This document shows positions 37,292-46,432 of a DNA stretch of 64,000 nucleotides, one piece after another; position 1 is the first letter of the stretch, and each line of letters starts with the position of its first letter. Position numbers and translations under genes: made by a program. The stretch spans positions 49,390 to 113,389 of the forward strand of contig JAOAFZ010000002.1 of the NCBI GenBank assembly GCA_026415975.1, given 5' to 3'. The notes beneath the pieces are model-generated. The model saw nothing but the letters and a program-made list of their open reading frames with translations, searched no databases and was not told the origin of the DNA. Origin of the DNA: Patescibacteria group bacterium. GTDB taxonomy: Bacteria; Patescibacteriota; Microgenomatia; UBA1406; GWC2-37-13.

Positions 37292-39451
37292 ATGCCACTT
37301 GAACTAGGGAGCGCAAACCCCGACCCGGAAATCGAGGCGTGCAACGTCGTTTGCTCAGCTCACGCACGTATTAAAGAAATGCTAGAGCAAGTTGAGGAAC
37401 GCCAACAACAGCTTTTGCTATTACAGGTACAAGCTGCCGGATTTACCCTAAATCGCCTTGCGGAAATCACTAGTCAAGAAGAGTATGAAAAATATATTGC
37501 AGAGCGTCTTACCTTGGCACAACAGGTTTCAGTCGCAAGGGAACTGACCGATCTTGAGAGTATGAAAGGAGTGCTTTTAGGGGGTGGCAACCTTGATGTC
37601 GAATTAGTAGCGATGACGAATAACATGATACAACGAATCGCAGTAAGCGGCCAACTCGCTGGTACTCCAGAATATATTCGCGCAGTTCTGGAGGGTTTAC
37701 GTAATACTGCCGCACTCCGGTTACGGCAAAATGCAGAACAGCAAGGAGGTGCCGGGTCGCTGCTCCCGGGGCAAGCGCGAATATTGGAGCGTGGTTTCGA
37801 GAGGGTAGCTCAGCTAAATGCGGGAGAGCTGTCCCCAATGCAACTCGAGTGCGTGCTGCAACGACCAGATGTCACCACACTCCTCGAAGCCGCACCCTAC
37901 CTGTTGCTGCAATACCGAACCCCAGGGGAAGGGGAGCATCGGGAGTTAAGTCTGGTTATCAGTCGAGAACAGGGGGGAGAAAACAAAGCGTATCGTAACG
38001 ATAGCAAAATTATCCTCGCCGGCCGCGCTATTGAAATTCCTTTCGAAACTGCCCCGACACATGAGCGTCAGCTCGAAGAATTTTCACGGCGCCTCAGGGG
38101 CTTTGTTAATGTTGCGCAAGTATATTTCCGTAATGGTTTTGAACCCGCAGGAGGGCTCGAAAAGGTATTACGTGAGCAGGCAAAAATATTGGCTGATTTC
38201 GGATACAGTGTTACGTTGATTGGGGGAAATCCACCTAACGAAATGTACGGTCGGGAATTGTTGGAATTATTTCAGCATATTGTAATTGATGGAGCTCATG
38301 AACGCCACCCAACTGCACTGGAAATTGCACGAAAAATGGAAAGTGGTAGCGTGCCGGACAAGTATCAGGAGCATTATGACTACCTATTAAATCAACTCAA
38401 AGATGCGTTAAAACATATGCATATCTGGATCGCGCACAATCCTCATGTTCCGCGCAACCCGCCTTTTACCGCCGCATTACTCGAACTCTGGCGGAATCGA
38501 GAGGCACATAAGCTAAAAAACGCAAGAAAGCTCGCCCTTTGGGTGCATGATGTCGGGCCCGTTATGGAACCCCATAAGTTTCCACCACTAGACGAGTACG
38601 GTCGCTATCCCGAACCCTGGGACTCAACTTTCAACCAGAAACTTAAGGGTCCCGATGTAACCTACTTCTGCGTCTCGAAAAAAGTAGCTGATCAGGTGGG
38701 GAATATTCCACTTCCTCCCGGAAAAGATGAAGCTACATTCCGTGCCCCAGATATCGTTACGATACATCACGGACACGATGTTGAGGCAATGATTAGTCCA
38801 TACCATGAACTCGTAAGGAGAATCATACCGTATATCCGTCGTGACCGTTTTAAGAATGTTATCTTGCAAACAGGCCGTATCGGAGATAGGAAGTGCCAGC
38901 ACCGAAGCATTACAGCATTACGATTTCTGGAAGATACTCAGTTAATTATTACTGGAGCACCAAAGATGACTAATGGCGTCATAGACGACCAATATTGGGA
39001 TTACATCAAGAAGTTAGCAAAATATTTTGACGTGGAAGACCGGATCGTATTTGTTTACGATATCGTTGGACCAATCCCTGACGGCGGAGTCTATGAAAAA
39101 GTGACAGGGCAGCTAGCCCATTTATCCGAAGTCGTAGTAGTACCGTCCAGCTCTGAGGGATTTGGTATCGATGCGGCGAATTTAGCAGGAGTACGTATAC
39201 CAATTGTCGCAACCGACGATCCTGCCTTGAAAGAGGAAAATCTGGGAGATTATGCAACATACGTTCCTACGACAGCCGATGGCATCGAATTGGCGACAGT
39301 GATCGCAACAGTATTGAAAAAACCGGAAGTGAGTCGGCGACGGGAGATTCTTGCGCGGGACTGGAGGGGTCAGATGGAACGTGCGCTCCAGTATCTGGGA
39401 GATTCGAATGGACAGGTGTTTGAGCCTAATAGCGAAAGCGGATATAGTTAA
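37292..39451 (+). CDS. two-part protein: an unknown N-terminal region of about 270 aa plus a GT4-type (GT-B) glycosyltransferase
   Basis: The GT-B N-half starts near VNVAQVYFRNGFEPAGGLEKVLREQAKILADFGYSVTLI. The C-half is VVVVPSSSEGFGIDAANLAGVRIPIVATD (E-x7-E-type motif). TATACT sits 9 nt upstream. Confidence 0.7.
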   Translation: MPLELGSANPDPEIEACNVVCSAHARIKEMLEQVEERQQQLLLLQVQAAGFTLNRLAEITSQEEYEKYIAERLTLAQQVSVARELTDLESMKGVLLGGGNLDVELVAMTNNMIQRIAVSGQLAGTPEYIRAVLEGLRNTAALRLRQNAEQQGGAGSLLPGQARILERGFERVAQLNAGELSPMQLECVLQRPDVTTLLEAAPYLLLQYRTPGEGEHRELSLVISREQGGENKAYRNDSKIILAGRAIEIPFETAPTHERQLEEFSRRLRGFVNVAQVYFRNGFEPAGGLEKVLREQAKILADFGYSVTLIGGNPPNEMYGRELLELFQHIVIDGAHERHPTALEIARKMESGSVPDKYQEHYDYLLNQLKDALKHMHIWIAHNPHVPRNPPFTAALLELWRNREAHKLKNARKLALWVHDVGPVMEPHKFPPLDEYGRYPEPWDSTFNQKLKGPDVTYFCVSKKVADQVGNIPLPPGKDEATFRAPDIVTIHHGHDVEAMISPYHELVRRIIPYIRRDRFKNVILQTGRIGDRKCQHRSITALRFLEDTQLIITGAPKMTNGVIDDQYWDYIKKLAKYFDVEDRIVFVYDIVGPIPDGGVYEKVTGQLAHLSEVVVVPSSSEGFGIDAANLAGVRIPIVATDDPALKEENLGDYATYVPTTADGIELATVIATVLKKPEVSRRREILARDWRGQMERALQYLGDSNGQVFEPNSESGYS

Positions 39452-39496
39452 AGAATCTATCGTGGCATTCGAGCTGAAAGCCTTGGCAACAGTATG

Positions 39497-39536
39497 TTGT
39501 ATCACAAGATACAACAGAACACCGCGGGAACCCGCG
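39497..39536 (+). terminator. two adjacent hairpins after the stop at 39451 (possible attenuator or terminator)
   Basis: TTGTATC-acaa-GATACAA (39497-39514) and CGCGGG-aa-CCCGCG (39523-39536). No U-tract follows, so function is uncertain. Confidence 0.25.
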
Positions 39537-39580
39537 ACACCACGCGATTATTAGATTACAATTTAAATAATAAATAAATA

Positions 39581-40954
39581 ATGGCTACTATCGCTTTTTT
39601 ACATAACGCACTAGGTAAAACAGATGGTGTTTCTCTTGAAGTGGATAAATGGCGCTACGTGCTTGAAACAAAGATGAAGCACAACGTGCTCTATTGTGCC
39701 GGTAACGATGATGTAAGCCATGTTCATTGTGTACCGGAGTTGTCGTTCATGCATCCCCGATCAGAGAAAATTTTACGCAATGCTACCGTCCAGTTAAAAG
39801 ACTTTACCGAAACCGAACTGAAAGAGGAGATTTTTAAACTGAAAGATATTATTAAAACAAAGTTGCTCGCATTCATTAGAAAGCATAAGATCGATCTACT
39901 CATTCCGAATAACCTCCTTTCGGTCGGCTACCACATTCCTGCCTTAATCGCGCTGCACGAGATTATCACCGAAACCAAGATACCGACGATAGCACATAAC
40001 CATGATTTTTATTTCGAAGCCAGTGGCGAGGTGAATCCCACCTGTAAGACCGTCTGGAATCTACTTGATTTATACACTCCGGTACGAGGAAAAAATGTGC
40101 AGAATATCACTATTAACCGTATCGCCCAAGCGGAGCTTTTTGCACGAACCGGCGTAAAAGCACAAGTCGTTCCAAACGTATTTGATTTCAAGCAACCAGC
40201 CTGGAAAGAAGACGCGTACAATGCGGATTTCAGAAAATCTTTTGACATTGGTGAAAACGACATCGTGTTGTTACAAGCAACCCGTATCATGTTGCGCAAA
40301 GGCATAGAAAACGCGATTGACATCGTTGCGGAAATGAATACCCCCGAGAATCGGAGGAGACTGCTGGAACGGAAGTTGTACAACGGCAAACAATTCACGA
40401 AAGACAGTAGAATAATCCTCCTATGTGCCGGTCGCCGTGAGATTTTCGGCACGACTGATACCTATTACAACGGGTTACTGGATCGTGCAAAAAGACAGAA
40501 CGTAGCTATCCGGTTTGCGGGTGAATACGTTAAACATAGTCGTGGTAAGAAAAACGGGAAGAAAGTATATTCATTATGGGACAGCTATGTGCACTCAGAT
40601 TTCGTTTCTTATCCAAGCTGGTGGGAAGGATGGGGTAATCAACTAATTGAAGCAGTCTTTGCACGACTTCCTGTTGTTTTGTATGAATACCCGGTTTATA
40701 AATCGGACATTGCCCGTTCACATCTGGAAGTCGTCTCACTCGGTGACAAGATCTCCTCAATTGACAAAAACGGCCTAGTTAGTATAGACCGCGCAATAGT
40801 ACAGCGTGCTGCCGCGGAGATAGTATCAATCCTTACCGATCCCGCACGATACTCACACATAACAGAGAAAAATTTCCGCATCTGCGCGAAACGGTATTCC
40901 TATGAGGTCCTTGAAGCATTGATTCGTAAGATTATGAAGAAAATCGGAATGTAA
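39581..40954 (+). CDS. GT4-type glycosyltransferase
   Basis: The N-terminus IAFLHNALGKTDGVSLEV, and the C-half DFVSYPSWWEGWGNQLIEAVFARLPVVLYEYPVY, which is the GT-B EX7E region. Confidence 0.7.
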   Translation: MATIAFLHNALGKTDGVSLEVDKWRYVLETKMKHNVLYCAGNDDVSHVHCVPELSFMHPRSEKILRNATVQLKDFTETELKEEIFKLKDIIKTKLLAFIRKHKIDLLIPNNLLSVGYHIPALIALHEIITETKIPTIAHNHDFYFEASGEVNPTCKTVWNLLDLYTPVRGKNVQNITINRIAQAELFARTGVKAQVVPNVFDFKQPAWKEDAYNADFRKSFDIGENDIVLLQATRIMLRKGIENAIDIVAEMNTPENRRRLLERKLYNGKQFTKDSRIILLCAGRREIFGTTDTYYNGLLDRAKRQNVAIRFAGEYVKHSRGKKNGKKVYSLWDSYVHSDFVSYPSWWEGWGNQLIEAVFARLPVVLYEYPVYKSDIARSHLEVVSLGDKISSIDKNGLVSIDRAIVQRAAAEIVSILTDPARYSHITEKNFRICAKRYSYEVLEALIRKIMKKIGM

Positions 40955-40955
40955 C

Positions 40956-41633
40956 ATGCACTTACGCATCCCCTACCTGGACAAAGCGCCAATGGAGCTT
41001 CAGCAGAGGGGTTTTCTCGATAAAATTCCATGGGATTTGTTGCCACCTCACCGGTGTTTGCCATACCATGGAAACAGCCTTACGTATCCAACTTTTTTCA
41101 GAATCGGTTATTCGAAATTCGGATTGTTTGTCAAGATAGAATGTATTGACTCGCGAATCTCAACAAATTACATGACTGATTTCAGCGATATATTCCGAGG
41201 AGATGTTTTTGAGCTCTTTCTGTGGCCAGACACATCTATTCCTGTGTATTTCGAATATGAGATATCGCCACTTGGTGTAGAGCTACCCCTCCTGGTTGCA
41301 AATAACGGCGGTACTTTCATGGGTTGGCTCCCATGGCACTACGAGGAGGACCGCCGGATACACAAGCGAGTTCGTGTTACCGGTGGGTGCGCTGTTGCAG
41401 GGGCGAGTATTACCGGGTGGATAGTAGAGTTGCTATTGCCTTTTGCACTCTTGAAAGGGCTGAAAAACGTTCCACCAATGCCGGGAACACAGTGGAAAGG
41501 CAACTTTTTCCGAATGGATTACGATGATAGTCAAATTGTGAATAAGTGGGAGTGGGATCCGCGCACGAAAGGGGAGTTTCACCAGTTCCGTAAATTTGGA
41601 ACTCTGCACTTTGAAGGCAATCTGGCAGTGTAG
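40956..41633 (+). CDS. CBM9-like / DOMON-like carbohydrate-binding domain protein
   Basis: FFRIGYSKFGLFVKIECIDS..., GDVFELFLWPD, YFEYEISPLG and WKGNFFRMDY resemble the carbohydrate-binding family 9-like fold. Confidence 0.5.
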   Translation: MHLRIPYLDKAPMELQQRGFLDKIPWDLLPPHRCLPYHGNSLTYPTFFRIGYSKFGLFVKIECIDSRISTNYMTDFSDIFRGDVFELFLWPDTSIPVYFEYEISPLGVELPLLVANNGGTFMGWLPWHYEEDRRIHKRVRVTGGCAVAGASITGWIVELLLPFALLKGLKNVPPMPGTQWKGNFFRMDYDDSQIVNKWEWDPRTKGEFHQFRKFGTLHFEGNLAV

Positions 41634-41735
41634 AGTAATTGGGGACCAGATTAGGACGTACCGGTCATAGACGGTACGAAAATATTCCTGGCACGATACC
41701 CTTCGGGGTAAAGCGCCTGGTAATCGGCGTCTCTC

Positions 41736-42737
41736 TTATTTTTTCCCGATCGCCCCTACTACCTCTCCCTCGACCGGCACTGCTGAGTCTTTCTGTGTCC
41801 GTGAGATCACCAGCATACTGCCGAGCAGGATAACGATGCCAATAATCTGACTCACTGTAAACGAATTCTTGAAGAACACGATTCCGATTATTAGCGATGA
41901 TGCCGGCCAGGCAAGCTCACAAATGGTGGCGACACGAGCTGGAGTGTGTTTTAATCCTCGGTAATACAGAAGCATTGCCGCGGCTCCGGTAATCAGCACA
42001 ATCATAGCCAGCGCACCCATCTGCTCCGGAGTAAGGGACACAAACTGCGAAAGCTCGTGCGATCTGCCGAATACATCACTGGCACCGGTTAGGGTCTGGA
42101 ACGCGGAGAAAGTCGCAAACAGGAGGAGCGAGAATACCGCAGCGATTGAAAACCGCAGAAACGCCAGTGTACCAAATGAGACCTTGTGCAAAATCAGCTT
42201 CCCGAACGAAGTGGCGGAGCCCCAGCTTGCTGCAGCAAGAAGAGCAAGGAAGCCCGCGAGGGCAGTTCCGGTGCCGGTATCTAGATTAGGGCGCATATCC
42301 GGAAAAACGATCAGGTATACACCAGCCATTGCCACTGCGGCGAGCAAAAGAAAATGCCGCGTAATCTTCTCTTTCAGTACCAGACCCGCAATAAGCACCG
42401 CCCAGATCGGCTGTGTCTGCTGCAAGAGCACCACAATCGAGAAGTTGATGAAGTTGATCTGGGTAAGCGCATACGTATACAGAATTACGGCTACCGAACT
42501 GGCAATTACCCCGATAAAAAAAACCGGCCCCCAATCAGCGTAGGTGAGTTTCTTGAGCTCATGCCGGGTTCTCCAGAAGAAGGGGAGTATAAGACCCAAA
42601 CCCAGCAGATGCTCCCAGAAAGAAACCAAGATCGGGGGGAGTGTATACAGACTCGTCCGTAAAAAGCCGTCCAGACTCCACAGGATCGCGGTAAGAACAA
42701 TTAACAACGGACCGAACGGGGAAAGTGATTTTCCCAT
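41736..42737 (-). CDS. EamA/DMT-family transporter (intact)
   Basis: A 333-aa protein with 10 TM helices and two EamA-like halves. It contains the right copy of the 68-bp repeat. Confidence 0.85.
   Translation of the reverse strand: MGKSLSPFGPLLIVLTAILWSLDGFLRTSLYTLPPILVSFWEHLLGLGLILPFFWRTRHELKKLTYADWGPVFFIGVIASSVAVILYTYALTQINFINFSIVVLLQQTQPIWAVLIAGLVLKEKITRHFLLLAAVAMAGVYLIVFPDMRPNLDTGTGTALAGFLALLAAASWGSATSFGKLILHKVSFGTLAFLRFSIAAVFSLLLFATFSAFQTLTGASDVFGRSHELSQFVSLTPEQMGALAMIVLITGAAAMLLYYRGLKHTPARVATICELAWPASSLIIGIVFFKNSFTVSQIIGIVILLGSMLVISRTQKDSAVPVEGEVVGAIGKK
41899..41966. repeat. 68-bp perfect direct repeat, right copy
   Basis: Identical to 33550-33617. Confidence 0.9.
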
Positions 42738-43039
42738 AGCAAAAAAAAAGACCTACTTATAATAGGCCTTTCAGGGGTGCGGGTCTTGACAACATTTGAA
42801 TGATATTACCAGACCACAGCACGTACTGCGCATTACACAGAACGCATATACCTTCTTTCATCCGGACTTTACCGTCGGCTCCGGAGTTACCGAAACGTTG
42901 CCGTTTCGACGCACCGGATCATGCGTTTGGCATGCAGTGTTCGTCTATTTCGCAATCACGCGACGAGACTTTGCTTCTGCAGACCATCAGCTCGTGGGCT
43001 ATACCACCGATTCTGAATATCCCTTTAAGGGAATCACAG

Positions 43040-43505
43040 GACCCTGAAGGCTATTGTTATTGTACCGGATCATATTGTCCTGTCAAGATTACGTTATGAA
43101 TGCCCGGACAGGAAGACATTCGCGCCGCAGCACGCTGATAGGTATCCGGTATTTTGAATAAAAATTCTAAGGTTATCAGTATGCTACCGGATTACCGGAT
43201 ATGGGACATTTAATTCACCTACATCAAAAACGGGGAAAAGTATGTGTATCCTGCAACTTTCATGGATCTATACACCAGATAGATTGTAGACTGGCATCTG
43301 TCTCACCGGCATTCTAGGATGCGGTAGAAAAGAAAAGAACGCCTGCATAAAGATCGTTCGTTCAGATCAGGGCCTAGAATATACAAACGAAACCTACACA
43401 AACCTTCTTTCTTAAGCTTGATATACAGATCTCTATGAGGAAAAAAGGCAAGCCCCTGGGAGAATAGAACCCATACAACGCTAAAAAGCCTCCGTACCAA
43501 CACAG
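43040..43505 (+). mobile_element. decayed IS3-family (rve/DDE) transposase remnant
   Basis: Across three frames with stops it reads RIWDI*FTYIKNGEKYVYPATFMDLYTR*IVDWHLS (compare W.TDITYI....YLA.V.DL.SR.IVGW.MS), IVRSDQGLEYTNETYTNLLS (compare HSDRGSQYTS) and ISMRKKGKPLGE*NPYNAKK (compare SMSRKGNCWDNA). It may extend upstream towards about 42890. Confidence 0.6.
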
Positions 43506-43669
43506 ATTACTATATCAAAATCAATTCATGGAAAAAATACTCAAAAAAAACTGAATACTTGATAAGACTGGCTCCCGGTATTGAATGGGGTGATTTTTTA
43601 ATTAGTATGAGTTTTAGGCAAATATACCTGTCAGGATTCTAATCTTATCGGGGCCTATACTGCCAGCAT

Positions 43670-44340
43670 ATGAAACTCATTGTATGTTACGGAGAAGTCC
43701 TTATAGATATGATTTCGACCATATCCAGCAGCTTGGTCGACGCGGACGGGTTCCTTTAAGAGGTTCGGGGGTGCGCCCGCAAATACGGCAACAGGAATTG
43801 CAAAACAGGGAATTCCGGTTTCGTTCCTGGGTAAAGTCTGGAAAGATCCATTCGCCGCTTACTTGAAAGCGACACTCGAAAGCTATGGCGTAGACATCTC
43901 ACCTCTGGTAGAAAGCGAAACCGACAAGACGACACTCGCGTTCGTGTTCCTGACCGAGAACGGGGAGCAAGATTTCACATTCTATCGGGATGCCCACGAG
44001 TCGATTACCGCGCCCGAGCTATCGTTTCCGAGGGATGCCGCTATTCTGCACTACGTGTGAAAATCAACGAACAAGAAATGCGGCTCCTCGCCGGCACGGA
44101 TTCGCCAGAAGAAGCGGCGGGAAAGCTCTTCGCAGACCGGACCGTTTCACTCTGCATAACGATGGAAGCGAACGGGTGCTACCACAAGACCAGGAACTCA
44201 GCCGGCATGGTACCCGCGATTTCTGTGGACGTGTGCGCGGAAGCTGGAATTCCTTTAACGCTGGTTTTCTGGCCGCGTTAGCCAGCTGTGACGCTAGAGG
44301 AGATTGCGGCAAACGTCTGACGCTTCGTTATCGGAGATGA
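43670..44340 (+). pseudogene. PfkB-family fructokinase pseudogene (at least 3 frameshifts)
   Basis: MKLIVCYGEVLIDMIS...* is followed, in other frames, by FKRFGGAPANTATGIAKQGIPVSFLGKVWKDPFAAYLKATLESYGVDIS...TLAFVFLTENGEQDFTFYRD...AAILHYV*, then KINEQEMRLLAG..., then ...GSWNSFNAGFLAAL (the GAGD region). Confidence 0.7.
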
Positions 44341-44416
44341 TCCAGCCAAGGAATCGAGTCGCCAATTTTGTTTTGTATAGTTACAGTAAACAGCTCGTTC
44401 TGTTAATGTTATAGGT

Positions 44417-45478
44417 TCACATCTCGCGAATCGAACCACCGGTCTTTAATCGCTGGATTGCTTCCGCGATAAGTGGAGCCACCGAAACTACCTGGATTTT
44501 ATTGTTCATACCCAGATTTTCCCATAACCGCACCGGCTGGGGAATCGTGTCAGTTACCAGGATGCGGTCTATCGCCGGATTCCCATAGAGCAGTTCCAGC
44601 CCGCAACCAGCGAATTCGCCATGGGTTGCCACCAGCGAAACGGTCTGCGCGCCGCGACGTTTCAGCATTTTTGCGACACCGGCCATTGTTCCTCCGGTCG
44701 AAATAATATCATCCACGATAACAACATCCAGACCGGTGAAATCACGCGGCGTTTCCTGCATGTGTACAACACCCTCAGCCCGCTGGTCGCGTATTTTGTC
44801 CAGATTGTCATATGACCAGTTATTAATCATGCCGAACTTTTTCGCCCGTTTCATCGCACCGGCATCAGGTGCCACGACAAACGGGTTTTGGAGGCCCCAG
44901 GTAATGACGGTTTCGGCGAGCAGCTTGGTTGCATAGAGTTTATCCCACGGACGGCGTATCGAACCGGTTACCGCGTCGGTATGGAGATCGATTGTGATGA
45001 GGCGATCCACGCCGACTTCTGCAAGCAACTGCGCAACAACAGCCGCACTGATCGGCTCGCGCTCACCATCGCTCTGTCGCTCCTGCCGTCCGTAAGCATA
45101 GTTCGTGAGGATAGCAGTGACCCCATTAAATCTGGCCGATGAACGCTTTGCCGCATCGGCGAGAAGTATCATTTCCATAATATGCCGGTTTACATCTCTG
45201 CCAGACGGTGAAACCACCATCATGACATCCCGTTCCCGCATATTCACCGGTACCCGGAACTGCGCCTCGCCATTCGTGTGAGCTGCTTTATGCGATCCGG
45301 CATACTCCATCTGCAACAGTCCGGCAATCGACCGGGTTAATGCGCCGCTCACCCCGCCGTTGAGAGTCCCCTGGTAATAGTCGATCTGCGGGTTACGATC
45401 CAATTCAGAATTGAGATAATCTTTAAACATCTGTGCGTCTTTTGGATCAAAGAAATCGGCTTCGGTCAATGCGGGCAT
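44417..45478 (-). CDS. prs: ribose-phosphate pyrophosphokinase-like (divergent, with an N-terminal extension)
   Basis: YAYGRQERQ (compare Y.RQDR), ITIDLHTDAV, VVAPDAGAMKRAKKF, and the PRPP loop VVIVDDIISTGGTMAG. Confidence 0.7.
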   Translation of the reverse strand: MPALTEADFFDPKDAQMFKDYLNSELDRNPQIDYYQGTLNGGVSGALTRSIAGLLQMEYAGSHKAAHTNGEAQFRVPVNMRERDVMMVVSPSGRDVNRHIMEMILLADAAKRSSARFNGVTAILTNYAYGRQERQSDGEREPISAAVVAQLLAEVGVDRLITIDLHTDAVTGSIRRPWDKLYATKLLAETVITWGLQNPFVVAPDAGAMKRAKKFGMINNWSYDNLDKIRDQRAEGVVHMQETPRDFTGLDVVIVDDIISTGGTMAGVAKMLKRRGAQTVSLVATHGEFAGCGLELLYGNPAIDRILVTDTIPQPVRLWENLGMNNKIQVVSVAPLIAEAIQRLKTGGSIREM

Positions 45479-45552
45479 GTGGGAATCTTAACTAACAACG
45501 GAGGAATTGTACCAGCACATATACGGGAACGAACTGAAAAGATTATGATAGA

Positions 45553-46326
45553 TCACCGAACCCCTGCCGCGGGGACATCGGTGATCAACATTACACGGGG
45601 ATGCCAGACCAGGTAGGATGCAGGCATCTCCGGTTCCGGTTCGATACACGATCGCAACATCTCGATCACCCGCCGCTTCGCCGCGCCACTGGCTAAAAGG
45701 AGAATCTCCCGCGCTTCCAGGACCGTCGCGATGCCCATCGATATCGCCTGCGCCGGCACGCGTGACGTATCACCGCCAAAATATTTCGCGTTATCCTGAC
45801 GAGTGGATTCGGCAAGCGTGACCACCCGTGTCCGGGAAGTACCGTCCGATCCGGGCTCGTTAAATCCGATATGGCCGTTGGTGCCGATGCCGAGAATTTG
45901 AAGATCAATTCCACCTATTGCGGCAATTCGTTCCTCATACGACCTAGCCTCCCCCTCCGGATCGCTGGCGGCACCGTTTGGGATCAGGAACTGGGTTTCC
46001 GGACGTACCTCGGGGTGGCTCTCAGTAAGCGGTTTCCAGAAGTGTTCAGTCATGTAGTGGTGGTAACTTTCCGAATCTTTTGCGGTCAAACCTACATACT
46101 CATCTAGATTCACGGTGTGGAACCGCGACAGATTTCCCCCGAACCCGCGGAGCGAATCGACGAGCCGTGCGTACATCCCTTCCGGTGTGGCACCGGTCGC
46201 CATACCCAGTACGAACGACTTACCGGTATAGGCTGCCCGGGCTATCTGCTCGAAGACGAGAGCTGCGGCTAATCGGGACAGGATATCGTAATCCGGACAC
46301 ACCGTAATAGGCATGGACTGCGGCAT
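45553..46326 (-). CDS. nagB: glucosamine-6-phosphate deaminase
   Basis: VLGMATGATPEGMY and LQILGIGTNGHIGFNEPGS are characteristic NagB motifs. Confidence 0.8.
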   Translation of the reverse strand: MPQSMPITVCPDYDILSRLAAALVFEQIARAAYTGKSFVLGMATGATPEGMYARLVDSLRGFGGNLSRFHTVNLDEYVGLTAKDSESYHHYMTEHFWKPLTESHPEVRPETQFLIPNGAASDPEGEARSYEERIAAIGGIDLQILGIGTNGHIGFNEPGSDGTSRTRVVTLAESTRQDNAKYFGGDTSRVPAQAISMGIATVLEAREILLLASGAAKRRVIEMLRSCIEPEPEMPASYLVWHPRVMLITDVPAAGVR

Positions 46327-46332
46327 GGATTT

Positions 46333-46341
46333 ATGATACCA
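46333..46341 (-). promoter_or_regulatory. extended -10 (TGgTATCAT) 6 nt upstream of ATG 46326
   Basis: Read on the minus strand. It pairs with TAAACT (46421-46426), which sits 6 nt before the divergent ATG 46433. Confidence 0.5.
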
Positions 46342-46432
46342 TAACGTTCACTCTCTATTCTGACACGGGAATCGTAATGGAGTGTCAGAATACTGTCAAG
46401 AATACTATGGGACTCACTTCTAAACTCTCCTA

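Noticed and set aside
42796-43035. A hairpin-rich stretch with faint resemblance to RNase P RNA elements on the minus strand: CGAAACG-ttgc-CGTTTCG at 42881-42898, CATGC-gtttg-GCATG, CCGGA…TCCGG, and GGTAACTCCGGAGC / GGTAAAGTCCGG.
   Set aside because: The motif order and spacing do not fit an RNase P (or tmRNA/SRP) architecture. There is no room for the remainder of such an RNA before the EamA start. The region is more simply read as the degraded 5' part of the IS3-type element, with ...ESQDPEGYCYCTG... resembling the ...YGYRRIT... region of IS3 OrfB. This was left unresolved at low confidence.
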